Source: Candidatus Nealsonbacteria bacterium
GTDB lineage: Bacteria; Patescibacteriota; Minisyncoccia; Minisyncoccales; JAUWAW01
Direction of reading: 5' to 3'
Assembly: GCA_030601865.1 (NCBI GenBank)
Contig: JAUWAW010000001.1
Span: forward strand, 46,433-110,432
Length of the DNA: 64,000 bases
Under the pieces are notes generated by a model. That model ran no database searches. It was not told where the DNA came from and was given only the letters and a program-made list of their open reading frames with translations. Made by a program: the position numbers and the translations under genes. Within the stretch, counting starts at the first letter, position 1. Each line of letters starts with the position of its first letter. This document shows positions 15,951 to 24,050 of the stretch, piece by piece.

Positions 15951-16090
15951 TGAAATAACCAATAACCAAGATACAATAACCAAACAAATCTCAATAACCA
16001 ATAATCAATAACCAATTATATAATGTTTGGTTATTGGTGTTTGAAGATTGGTTATTGTTTGGTTATTGTTTCTTGTATCTTGGTGATTGA
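15951..16090. repeat. About 140-bp imperfect palindromic element rich in AATAACCA / TGGTTATT (copy 1 of 2), filling the nusG-rplK spacer
   Basis: Left arm aataaccaagatacaataaccaaacaa pairs with right arm ttgtttggttattgtttcttgtatcttggtgatt. It is about 85% identical to the copy at 56757..56884. Confidence 0.7.
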
Positions 16091-16093
16091 ACA

Positions 16094-16639
16094 TTATATC
16101 TTCTTAATTTGCAGCGAATCCAACTCAACCGGGGTGTCTCGGCCAAACATATTGACTAATACTTTCACTTTGCCTTTCTCGGCGTCAATTTCTGAGACCT
16201 TGCCATCAAAGTCTTTAAAGGGACCGTCAGTAATCTTGACCGGGTCGCCAATTTCAAATTCAATTTTATACTGCGGTTCTTCCACACCCATTCTTTTTTT
16301 CAAAATGTCAATTTCTTCTTTTGACACGGGGACCGGGGTTGTACCAGCCCCCACGAATCCAGTTACATTGGGCGTATTTCTGACCACATACCAGGAATCA
16401 TCAGTGACAATCATTTCCACTAAGACATAACCAGGGTAAATCTTTTCCTCCACTACCTTTCTTTTACCATCTTTAATCTTAATCTTTTTTTCTTTGGGCA
16501 CTAAAACATTAAAAATTTTATCGTCCATATCCAAGGATTCAATCCTTTGTTTTAGATTTTTGGCCACTGCATCCTCATATCCAGAATAAGTGTGAATAAC
16601 ATACCAGTTTTTCTCTTGCGGTAGTCTTTGTTTAGGCAT
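16094..16639 (-). CDS. nusG: Transcription termination/antitermination factor NusG
   Basis: NGN domain (WYVIHTYSGYEDAV) plus a KOW domain (GDPVKITDGPFKDFDGKV). Confidence 0.9.
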   Translation of the reverse strand: MPKQRLPQEKNWYVIHTYSGYEDAVAKNLKQRIESLDMDDKIFNVLVPKEKKIKIKDGKRKVVEEKIYPGYVLVEMIVTDDSWYVVRNTPNVTGFVGAGTTPVPVSKEEIDILKKRMGVEEPQYKIEFEIGDPVKITDGPFKDFDGKVSEIDAEKGKVKVLVNMFGRDTPVELDSLQIKKI

Positions 16640-16650
16640 ATTTGAGCTCT

Positions 16651-16720
16651 AATTCAAGATTATATATTTATACATTAGCGAATCAAGGTTCTAGCGGAGC
16701 GTTAGCGAGGCAGGTTCTTA
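16651..16720. promoter_or_regulatory. Repeat family F copy 1 (AATTCAAGATTATATATTTATACATTAGCGAATCAAGGTTCT...GGTTCTTA), 12 nt upstream of the nusG start; candidate promoter module
   Basis: Four copies occur in the window. Read on the minus strand each gives TTGATT-N17-ATAATC-like -35/-10 boxes pointing into the downstream minus-strand gene. Confidence 0.45.
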
Positions 16721-16918
16721 TAATACAAACTTGTTCAGTAAAGTGCTAAATAAAAAGTCCACGCTCCCCAAAAAAATGGCCACAGCAATTGAGGCGCCAA
16801 TAACAATCAAAGTGTATCTCAAAGTCTCCTGACGAGTAGGCCAGTTAACTTTTTTAATCTCTAGTCGCACTTCTTTCAAAAAAGTGACAATTTTTTTAGG
16901 AAAGGCGCTAATAGCCAT
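16718..16918 (-). CDS. secE: Preprotein translocase subunit SecE
   Basis: 66-aa protein with a single C-terminal TM segment, in the conserved secE-nusG-rplK order. Confidence 0.75.
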   Translation of the reverse strand: MAISAFPKKIVTFLKEVRLEIKKVNWPTRQETLRYTLIVIGASIAVAIFLGSVDFLFSTLLNKFVL

Positions 16919-16922
16919 GTTC

Positions 16923-16993
16923 TTAATTCAAGATTATATATTTATATATTAGCGAATCAAGGTTCTGACGAGCGTTAGCGAGGCAGGTTCTTA
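16923..16993. promoter_or_regulatory. Repeat family F copy 2, 2-5 nt upstream of the secE start
   Basis: Same sequence family as 16651..16720. Confidence 0.45.
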
Positions 16994-17052
16994 AAAACGG
17001 CCTTGCCGGCCATTTTTTATGGTAGCAAGCTAAAAGCAGGATGTCAACCCAG

Positions 17053-17499
17053 CTATCCAGCTATCTCCACTGACTCAATATAATATTGGTTGAGGATTTT
17101 GGTTAAGATGATGGCCTCAATTGTATAACCTATTTCGTCTTTCTCGTATATCTTGACTATGAAGCGGAATTTATCGTCCGTTAACTTTTCACTCTTTAAA
17201 ATCTCGTAACTTGTAAAATCATTAATTAAAGTAAATTGCTCTTTAAGTTTCTGCTCCATTGCTTGTTCAGTAAGATAAAGATTGGCCTGGGCTTCGTTTT
17301 TCTCAACCCGCGCTAAAATAAATCTATCCAGAATATCTTGAGCCGAGCCCTGTTCCATCTCTTGCTGCTGTTTTTCTAATTTTTCTTCAATCAGAGGAAT
17401 TCTTTTCTTTTCCAGCCGATGATACTGCCAAGCCAAAACCACCTCACCCAAAACAACAATCAAAAGAGCAATAACAAATGCTTTGATAACGTCTTTCAT
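17053..17499 (-). CDS. Hypothetical N-terminally membrane-anchored coiled-coil protein
   Basis: 148 aa with an N-terminal TM segment (AFVIALLIVVLGEVVLAW), directly downstream of gyrB. Confidence 0.4.
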   Translation of the reverse strand: MKDVIKAFVIALLIVVLGEVVLAWQYHRLEKKRIPLIEEKLEKQQQEMEQGSAQDILDRFILARVEKNEAQANLYLTEQAMEQKLKEQFTLINDFTSYEILKSEKLTDDKFRFIVKIYEKDEIGYTIEAIILTKILNQYYIESVEIAG

Positions 17500-17500
17500 A

Positions 17501-19480
17501 TTAAATATCTAAATTTTTGACCTTTTTAGCATGGGTTTGAATAAATTTTTTGCGCGGTAAAACCTCCTCGCCCATCAAAATGTCAAAAATTTGGTCGGCT
17601 TCTTTAACGTTCTCAATGGTCACTTGCAGTAAAATTCGGTTTTCTGGATCCATAGTCGTGGACCATAATTCTTCTGGATTCATTTCTCCCAAACCTTTAT
17701 AACGTTGAATTGAGGGAGTTATCTTTTTTCCCAAAGAACTTAAAATCTCAGTTTTATCTCCTTCAGTATAGGCATATTCAATTTGCTTGCCTGACTGAAT
17801 TTTGTAGAGCGGCGGCTGGGCAATGTAGAGATAACCTTCTTCAATAAGCGGTCTAAAGTATCTGTAAAAAAGAGTTAAAAGTAAAGTCCGAATATGATTT
17901 CCGTCAGAATCCGCGTCGCACATTAGGATTATGCGATGGTATCTCAATTTATCAAGATTAAAATCTTCGGCAATGGCGGTACCCAAGGCAATAATTAAGG
18001 CCTTAATTTCTTTGGAGGTTAAAATTCTATCTAAGCGGGTACGTTCAACATTCAAAATTTTGCCTCGCAAAGGTAAAATAGCTTGAAAATGTCTATCGCG
18101 AGCTTGGCGTCCCGACCCGCCGGCTGATTCTCCTTCCACCAAATAAAGCTCAGATTCTTCTGGTTTGCGAGAAATACAATCAGCTAATTTGCCGGGCAGG
18201 GCCAAGCCCTCCAATATTCCTTTTCTTAAAACTGTCTGACGAGCCGCCTTAGCTGCCTCTCTGGCTTTGGCTGATAAAATACAGTTTTCAATAATGGCTC
18301 TGGCATCTTGAGGATTATGTTCTAAGAAGTCGCTCAGGGTTTCAGAAATCACGCTCTCGACGGCCGGCTTAGCCTCCGGATTGCCCAGTTTTCGTTTGGT
18401 CTGACCCTCAAATTGCGGGTCTTTTATTTTAACTGAGATGACAGTAGTCAGGCCTTCTCGAATATCCTCACCTGATAAATTTGACTCTTTTTCTTTAAGT
18501 AAACCATTCTTACGAGCATAATCATTGAGGGTTCTGGTTAAAGCGGCCCGAAAGCCGGTTAGATGGCTGCCCCCATCTGAAGTACAAATATTATTGGCAA
18601 AGCTTTCTTCAAAGCACTCGTATTCCTTGGTATACTGAAAAGCACTCTCAACAATCATGCCATTTCTTTCACCCTGGCCATAGAAAATATTGGTATGACG
18701 AGGGATATTGCCCCGGATTAAATATTTAATGTAAGAAACAAGGCCCCCCTCAAAATAAAAAGTGGAGGATTTGGGAAGAAGGGCCGAGTGCGTGACCCCC
18801 TCTCTTTGGTCTGAAAAAATTATCTTCACTCCTTTCATCAGATAGGCCTGCTGACGAAGATGATTCAAGATTTTTCTCAGATTGAGTTTTATTTCTTTGA
18901 AAATTTCTGGATCTGGTTCAAAAATAATGCTCGTGCCCGACTTTTTACAGCGGCCTAATTTTTTAAGCTTGGTCTTTGCCTTACCTCGAGAGTATTCTTG
19001 AACATATCTAAACCCCTTTCGACAAACCTCCGCCTTTAAATAATTAGACAAAGCACAAACTGCTGAGACTCCCACTCCGTGTAGGCCTCCAGTGGACGCA
19101 TAAACCTTGCCGCCGAATTTAGCTCCTGCATGCAAGGTGGTCATTACTGTTTCCAGGCCCGATTTTTTAGTTTGAGGATGTTTTTCCACAGGAATACCCC
19201 GACCATTATCTTCAACCTTAACCCGGTTTTTGGGCAAGAGTGTGACCTTAATCTCATTACAATAGCCCATCAGCGCCTCGTCGATCGAATTCCCGATAAC
19301 CTCTACGAGTAAATGATGCAGACCTTCGGGTCCGGTTGAACCAATATACATTCCCGGTCTTTTGCGAACCGGCTCCACTCCTTTCAAAACATAAATTTCC
19401 TCAACGCCGTAGTCATCGCGACGTTTCTTCTTCGCTCGGCTACTTGTCTTTTTAGTTTTGGATGTTTTTTTGGGTGGCAT
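17501..19480 (-). CDS. gyrB: DNA gyrase / topoisomerase IV subunit B
   Basis: GHKL ATPase motifs, a TOPRIM domain (LYLVEGESAGGS) and the PLRGKILNVE motif, with a basic N-terminal extension. Confidence 0.85.
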   Translation of the reverse strand: MPPKKTSKTKKTSSRAKKKRRDDYGVEEIYVLKGVEPVRKRPGMYIGSTGPEGLHHLLVEVIGNSIDEALMGYCNEIKVTLLPKNRVKVEDNGRGIPVEKHPQTKKSGLETVMTTLHAGAKFGGKVYASTGGLHGVGVSAVCALSNYLKAEVCRKGFRYVQEYSRGKAKTKLKKLGRCKKSGTSIIFEPDPEIFKEIKLNLRKILNHLRQQAYLMKGVKIIFSDQREGVTHSALLPKSSTFYFEGGLVSYIKYLIRGNIPRHTNIFYGQGERNGMIVESAFQYTKEYECFEESFANNICTSDGGSHLTGFRAALTRTLNDYARKNGLLKEKESNLSGEDIREGLTTVISVKIKDPQFEGQTKRKLGNPEAKPAVESVISETLSDFLEHNPQDARAIIENCILSAKAREAAKAARQTVLRKGILEGLALPGKLADCISRKPEESELYLVEGESAGGSGRQARDRHFQAILPLRGKILNVERTRLDRILTSKEIKALIIALGTAIAEDFNLDKLRYHRIILMCDADSDGNHIRTLLLTLFYRYFRPLIEEGYLYIAQPPLYKIQSGKQIEYAYTEGDKTEILSSLGKKITPSIQRYKGLGEMNPEELWSTTMDPENRILLQVTIENVKEADQIFDILMGEEVLPRKKFIQTHAKKVKNLDI

Positions 19481-19489
19481 AGTTAAAAA

Positions 19490-21181
19490 TTATTTTCTCA
19501 CTTCCCACGATGGCTCCTTTTCCAAGGCTTTAACTATCTTGGCCATCAGTTTATCAATCTCCTCGGCAGTCAAAGTGTGGTCTTCTGCCTGGAAAATAAT
19601 ATGAAAGGCCAAATTTTTCTTTCCAGCTGGAATCTCTTCTCCTCCATACATATCAAAAAGGTCAACGTCTCGAATTAAAGGGCCGCCAGCCGCATTAATT
19701 TTATTTAAAACCTCTTCCACTAAAACTCCTTGGACAATTATAACCGCTAAATCTCGAACAGCAGCAGGGAATTTAGAAATTGGCTGATATTCATGTTCTT
19801 CTGAAGCCAACTTAATCAGTTTTTCAAAATCAAAATCAAAAGCAACTACCTCTTCAGAAGAAATCTTGCCCAGAAAACCAATCTCTTGATTATCTACCTT
19901 TATCTCAGCGCATTCTCCTTTCTGCCATATGTCAATCTTGCTCTGTTCCGGGGTCGGCTGATAACTATCATACCAGATATTACTTAGGCCAAGTTTTTTT
20001 AACATCAAATCAACCACTCCTTTAACTTGGTAAAAGATATCTATTGTCTTATTCTCGGCTGTCATCAATCCGGCAAGCATTTTTTTCTCCTGTCCGCCAA
20101 GAAATATCTTGCCCAATTCAAAGATTTTGATTTTTTTAAAATTATTTAAATTGTCTTTTACATTTTTGAGCAAATTAGGAATTAAGCTGGGCCGTAAATA
20201 TTTTTGTTTTCTGCTAATTGGGTTGGCTACTTCAATCTCTCCGCCTTGTTCAACAAAAGAATAGTTGTAAACTTCAGAAAAACCAAGTTCTTTCAGAATA
20301 TCTTTTATTCTGTCCTCCCAGAAGATATCAATGTTTCTTTGAGGCGGGATTAAAGAAGCTCTTGGAAAGACCGACTTAATCTTTCCGTAGCCATAAATCC
20401 TGCCAATCTCTTCAATTAAATCCTCCGGTAAAGAAACATCCAATCTCCTGGTTGGCACCTCTACCTGAAACATGAAACCCAAACTTCTTAAAATCTTGGA
20501 TATTTCTCTTTTGGGGATTTTAATTCCTAATAATCTTTCAACATAATCTAAATTTAATTGAATCTTTTTCACTAAAACTTTTTTAGGATAGAAATCTACC
20601 ATTCCCCTAAGCACTTTCCCTCCAGCTATCTCCTGAATCAAAGCGCAAACCCTTTCTTGAGCCAAGTCAATTAAATTTGGGTCTATACCATTTTCAAAAC
20701 GCCAGGAAGCATCTGTTTTTAATTTTAATTTTTGACAAGCGCGCCTTGTTAGCAAACGGTTAAAATTAGCTGCCTCAATAACTATATTTTTGGTTTTTTT
20801 ATCAACACCTGTTGTGTCCCCTCCTTTAATTCCGGCAATAGCAATCGGTTTGTTTGAATCAGCAATAACCAAAATATCTTTGTCTAATTTGTAGGTCTTA
20901 TCATCTAAGGTTTTAATTTTTTCTCCTTTTTTGGCTCTCCTGACAATGATTTTTTTACCCACTTTGTCCAAATCAAAAGCGTGAATGGGCTGGCCCATCT
21001 CCAGCATCACATAGTTGGCCGCATCAACAATATTGTTAATCGGCTGAAGGCCACAGGCCTTTAATCTCTGCTGAATCCATTTTGGCGAAGATTTTACTTT
21101 GACTCCAGTAATTACTTTGGCAGTATATCGCGGACAATCTTCTTGATTTTCAATTTGTAATTTAATAAAATCTTTTTTCAT
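19490..21181 (-). CDS. pheT: Phenylalanyl-tRNA synthetase beta subunit (main body: B3/4, B5, catalytic-like, anticodon-binding)
   Basis: EDCPRYTAKVITGVKVKSSPKWIQQRLKACG...HAFD aligns with E. coli PheT from residue 215 or so onward. Confidence 0.85.
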   Translation of the reverse strand: MKKDFIKLQIENQEDCPRYTAKVITGVKVKSSPKWIQQRLKACGLQPINNIVDAANYVMLEMGQPIHAFDLDKVGKKIIVRRAKKGEKIKTLDDKTYKLDKDILVIADSNKPIAIAGIKGGDTTGVDKKTKNIVIEAANFNRLLTRRACQKLKLKTDASWRFENGIDPNLIDLAQERVCALIQEIAGGKVLRGMVDFYPKKVLVKKIQLNLDYVERLLGIKIPKREISKILRSLGFMFQVEVPTRRLDVSLPEDLIEEIGRIYGYGKIKSVFPRASLIPPQRNIDIFWEDRIKDILKELGFSEVYNYSFVEQGGEIEVANPISRKQKYLRPSLIPNLLKNVKDNLNNFKKIKIFELGKIFLGGQEKKMLAGLMTAENKTIDIFYQVKGVVDLMLKKLGLSNIWYDSYQPTPEQSKIDIWQKGECAEIKVDNQEIGFLGKISSEEVVAFDFDFEKLIKLASEEHEYQPISKFPAAVRDLAVIIVQGVLVEEVLNKINAAGGPLIRDVDLFDMYGGEEIPAGKKNLAFHIIFQAEDHTLTAEEIDKLMAKIVKALEKEPSWEVRK

Positions 21182-21417
21182 TTTGCATTTTGTATTTTTA
21201 ATTTAGTTATAGCAGCTATCTCTCTGGCAATGCCCAGATGACAAAAACAATCATGCGCTCTATTGGGCAGAACATCAATATCCAAAATCCAATCTTTGCC
21301 TTTTTTCTCAACGCTCTCCACCTCAAAACTATGCATGGTCAAAAGCTGAGCCAAGTCCTTTGGTTTAGGCAGTTTCTTATTAAAAAAAGATTGTAGCCAA
21401 TTGTAAGAGAAAATCAT
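21178..21417 (-). CDS. pheT: PheT N-terminal fragment (79 aa), overlapping the main pheT ORF by ATGA in a different frame
   Basis: MIFSYNWLQSFF...LPNRAHDCFCHLGIAREIAAI matches the PheT N-terminus and B1 region. The OB-fold tRNA-binding domain is absent. Confidence 0.65.
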   Translation of the reverse strand: MIFSYNWLQSFFNKKLPKPKDLAQLLTMHSFEVESVEKKGKDWILDIDVLPNRAHDCFCHLGIAREIAAITKLKIQNAK

Positions 21418-21460
21418 AACCCTACGAATTACGAATTATTACGAATATACGAATAATTAA

Positions 21461-22303
21461 TTATTTAATTGCTAAATTTTTGTGTCTTTCCAATCCTTCT
21501 GCATAAAGCTTCTGGATTTGGGCAGCGCTCAGGGCTTGGGAATAGATGCGGACGTCGTCGATGAGGCCGTGAAACTTATCACTATCTGTAAGGCTATAAG
21601 CCCCTATTAAACACTTCTTATCTGGCGTCGCTGTTGGCAAAGAAGACTGACCACCCAAGGCTATCTGTTTACCGTCTACATATATCTTTAAATTCGTTCC
21701 ATCAGCGACGCCAACCACATAATGCCAAGTGTTTAACTCCAAAAAACCACTACCAGAATCAAGGGCACCAAAAGTCCCTTTCAATCTAATACTACCATTC
21801 AACTCAATGCTTAGGATATAGTTGTGAACACTGAAAACCGGAGACTGCCCTTTGCTCAAAATAGTTCTCCAATTATTACGTGAAATTTGCTTTATCCACG
21901 CTCCTACTGTTAATCCGTCAGTAATATCTAAAGTTGAATCAGTCCCGCAATCCACATAATTATCTATTCCGTCAAAACTCAAAGCCATGCCACCAGTGCC
22001 TCCGCCAGGAACTTCTACTCCTTGAGCCTGAACAGCTCCATAAATAGTGCCATCATTACCATAGCCAGACCTGTCAGGAGTTTTATTGCCTTCTATTGTC
22101 TCAAAGCTCCAAATACCAACTGCTTCTGCTCCTAAAGCATTCTGAATTGACTGACTGAATTGTAAGGATTTAACAAGTTCGGCTGCTCTTCTTTTTCCCG
22201 GTAAGTCCAAGGCGACCAAAACAATACTGGCCAATAACCCGATAATCGCAATGGCTACTAATAGTTCAATAACAGTAAAAGAATTTTGTGTCTGGAATTT
22301 CAT
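21461..22303 (-). CDS. Type IV pilin-like protein (N-terminal FTVIELLVAIAIIG methylation/cleavage motif) with C-terminal LamG/concanavalin-like domain
   Basis: The N-terminal hydrophobic segment matches the class III signal/prepilin motif. The C-terminal approximately 180 aa have a LamG-like jellyroll pattern (TWHYVVGVADGTNLKIYVDGK). Confidence 0.65.
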   Translation of the reverse strand: MKFQTQNSFTVIELLVAIAIIGLLASIVLVALDLPGKRRAAELVKSLQFSQSIQNALGAEAVGIWSFETIEGNKTPDRSGYGNDGTIYGAVQAQGVEVPGGGTGGMALSFDGIDNYVDCGTDSTLDITDGLTVGAWIKQISRNNWRTILSKGQSPVFSVHNYILSIELNGSIRLKGTFGALDSGSGFLELNTWHYVVGVADGTNLKIYVDGKQIALGGQSSLPTATPDKKCLIGAYSLTDSDKFHGLIDDVRIYSQALSAAQIQKLYAEGLERHKNLAIK

Positions 22304-22305
22304 TT

Positions 22306-23319
22306 TTAAAATTGTTGCAGAAATCTTAAATCGCCGTTGTAAAACAAACGGATGTCGTTAATTTTGTATTTCATCATAGCTAATCTATCCATGCCTATAC
22401 CAAAGGCAAACCCTTGCCAGTTCTTAGGATTTAGGCCAACAGCTTTAAATACAGCTGGATGAACCATGCCCGCTCCCATTATTTCTACCCAGCCAGTACG
22501 TGAGCAAGTGGAGCAACCCTTTCCTCCGCAGACCAAGCAACTGATATCTATCTCAAAACTGGGTTCAGTAAAAGGAAAAAAGCTTGGTCTGAGACGAATT
22601 TGAACCGGCTTGCCAAAGAATCTTTTGAAAAACTCTTCAATAATGGCTTTAAAATTACTAGCTGAAACATTTTTATCCACCATTAACCCTTCAACTTGAT
22701 AAAAGTTAATCTCATGAGAAGCATCAGTTGCTTCATGCCGGAAAATTCTTCCCGGAACAATAATCCTCAGGGGTGGCTGATTCTTTTCCATATATCTAAT
22801 CTGCACCGGCGAAGTATGAGTACGGAGTAAACGTCCGTTCTTTAAATAAAACGTATCCCACATATCTCTGGCAGGGTGTTCTTTGGGGATATTCAAGGCA
22901 TCAAAATTATACCATTCTGTTTCAATTTCCGGACCCTCAACCACTGAAAAACCCATCTGTTGGAAAATCTCCTCTGTTTTTCTTTTTACCTGGGTTAACG
23001 GATGGAGATGGCCGACAATCGGTTTTTTACCGGGCGCTGTCACATCAATCCATTCTTTCTCTTCCATTTCTTTGACCGCTTTTTGCTTAAGTTGCCGAGC
23101 TTTCTTATCAAACAAGATGGTTAAAGAATTCTTAACCTCATTTGCCTTTTTACCCAAGAGCTGTCTTTTTTTGGCTGGTAAATTTTTTAAAGAACGCAAA
23201 ACCTGGGTAACTTCTCCCTTTTTACCTAAATATTTTTTGTAAAGAGTATTGAGGGCTTTCAAATCTTGAGCCCTTTTTATTTCTCCTGAGGCGGTTTTTT
23301 TGAGACGAAAAATGTCCAT
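22306..23319 (-). CDS. pheS: Phenylalanyl-tRNA synthetase alpha subunit
   Basis: Class II core motifs (FRHEATDASHEINFYQVEGL, GIGMDRLAMM). Confidence 0.9.
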   Translation of the reverse strand: MDIFRLKKTASGEIKRAQDLKALNTLYKKYLGKKGEVTQVLRSLKNLPAKKRQLLGKKANEVKNSLTILFDKKARQLKQKAVKEMEEKEWIDVTAPGKKPIVGHLHPLTQVKRKTEEIFQQMGFSVVEGPEIETEWYNFDALNIPKEHPARDMWDTFYLKNGRLLRTHTSPVQIRYMEKNQPPLRIIVPGRIFRHEATDASHEINFYQVEGLMVDKNVSASNFKAIIEEFFKRFFGKPVQIRLRPSFFPFTEPSFEIDISCLVCGGKGCSTCSRTGWVEIMGAGMVHPAVFKAVGLNPKNWQGFAFGIGMDRLAMMKYKINDIRLFYNGDLRFLQQF

Positions 23320-23459
23320 ACATCTGTTCTCATTTTACCCTATTCCTAATGCAAAATCAACCAAAAAGTGTGGATAAAAAAATAGAGCGAATGGCTCAAT
23401 ATATACAAGAAACATGTCAAGCGCTTGACCTTGTTTTAGGTTTTTGTTATCATTAATAA

Positions 23460-23834
23460 ATGTCGTTGCGGAAGTTAGTTTTGCAATTAGGAGTTGGGGT
23501 TTTAGGGCTTTATTTAGCGGTCAGGTTTGTCCCTGAAATTGAGCTTACGAAAGGAATAAAAACTCTAATCTTGGCTGGCCTTGTTTTGGGCTTTCTTAAC
23601 TATTTTATCAAACCTGTCCTCAAAACAATCAGCCTGCCTCTAAGAATTTTAACTCTTGGTCTTTTTAGTTTTGTCATTAATATGGGCTTGATCTGGGCAG
23701 TAGACATTATTTTCCCTGACTTAATAATTAAGGGACTTTTGCCTCTTTTCTGGACCGCGCTCATTATCTGGGGACTGGGACTTCTTTTACCTCTTCTCAT
23801 TCCCAAAAAGAAGACAGTCCCTGTTAACGAATAA
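23460..23834 (+). CDS. Small 4-TM membrane protein (DUF360 / holin-4_2-like, recollection)
   Basis: 124 aa, almost entirely hydrophobic helices. Confidence 0.45.
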   Translation: MSLRKLVLQLGVGVLGLYLAVRFVPEIELTKGIKTLILAGLVLGFLNYFIKPVLKTISLPLRILTLGLFSFVINMGLIWAVDIIFPDLIIKGLLPLFWTALIIWGLGLLLPLLIPKKKTVPVNE

Positions 23835-24049
23835 TGAAACAATATCTTCCTTTGGCACAAATTATCACTGCTATCTTACTTATCGTCTCTATTCTCCTCC
23901 AGCAGCGGGGTACTGCTCTGGGTAGTGCCTTTGGAGGTGGAGGAGGATTTTATGCTACCCGTCGTGGCATCCAAAAAAAACTTCTCTTCGCCAGCGTAGT
24001 TTTGGGCAGCCTTTTTATTCTTCTGGCTTTGTTAAACTTATTAATCTAA
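23834..24049 (+). CDS. secG: Preprotein translocase subunit SecG
   Basis: 71 aa with two TM segments and a glycine-rich loop (GSAFGGGGGFYATRRG). Confidence 0.75.
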   Translation: MKQYLPLAQIITAILLIVSILLQQRGTALGSAFGGGGGFYATRRGIQKKLLFASVVLGSLFILLALLNLLI

Positions 24050-24050
24050 A

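Noticed and set aside
23375-23400. GTCAAGCGCTTGAC 14-bp palindrome in the pheS / membrane-protein divergent promoter region
   Set aside because: Single short palindrome with no second copy seen. Possibly an operator but unsupported.
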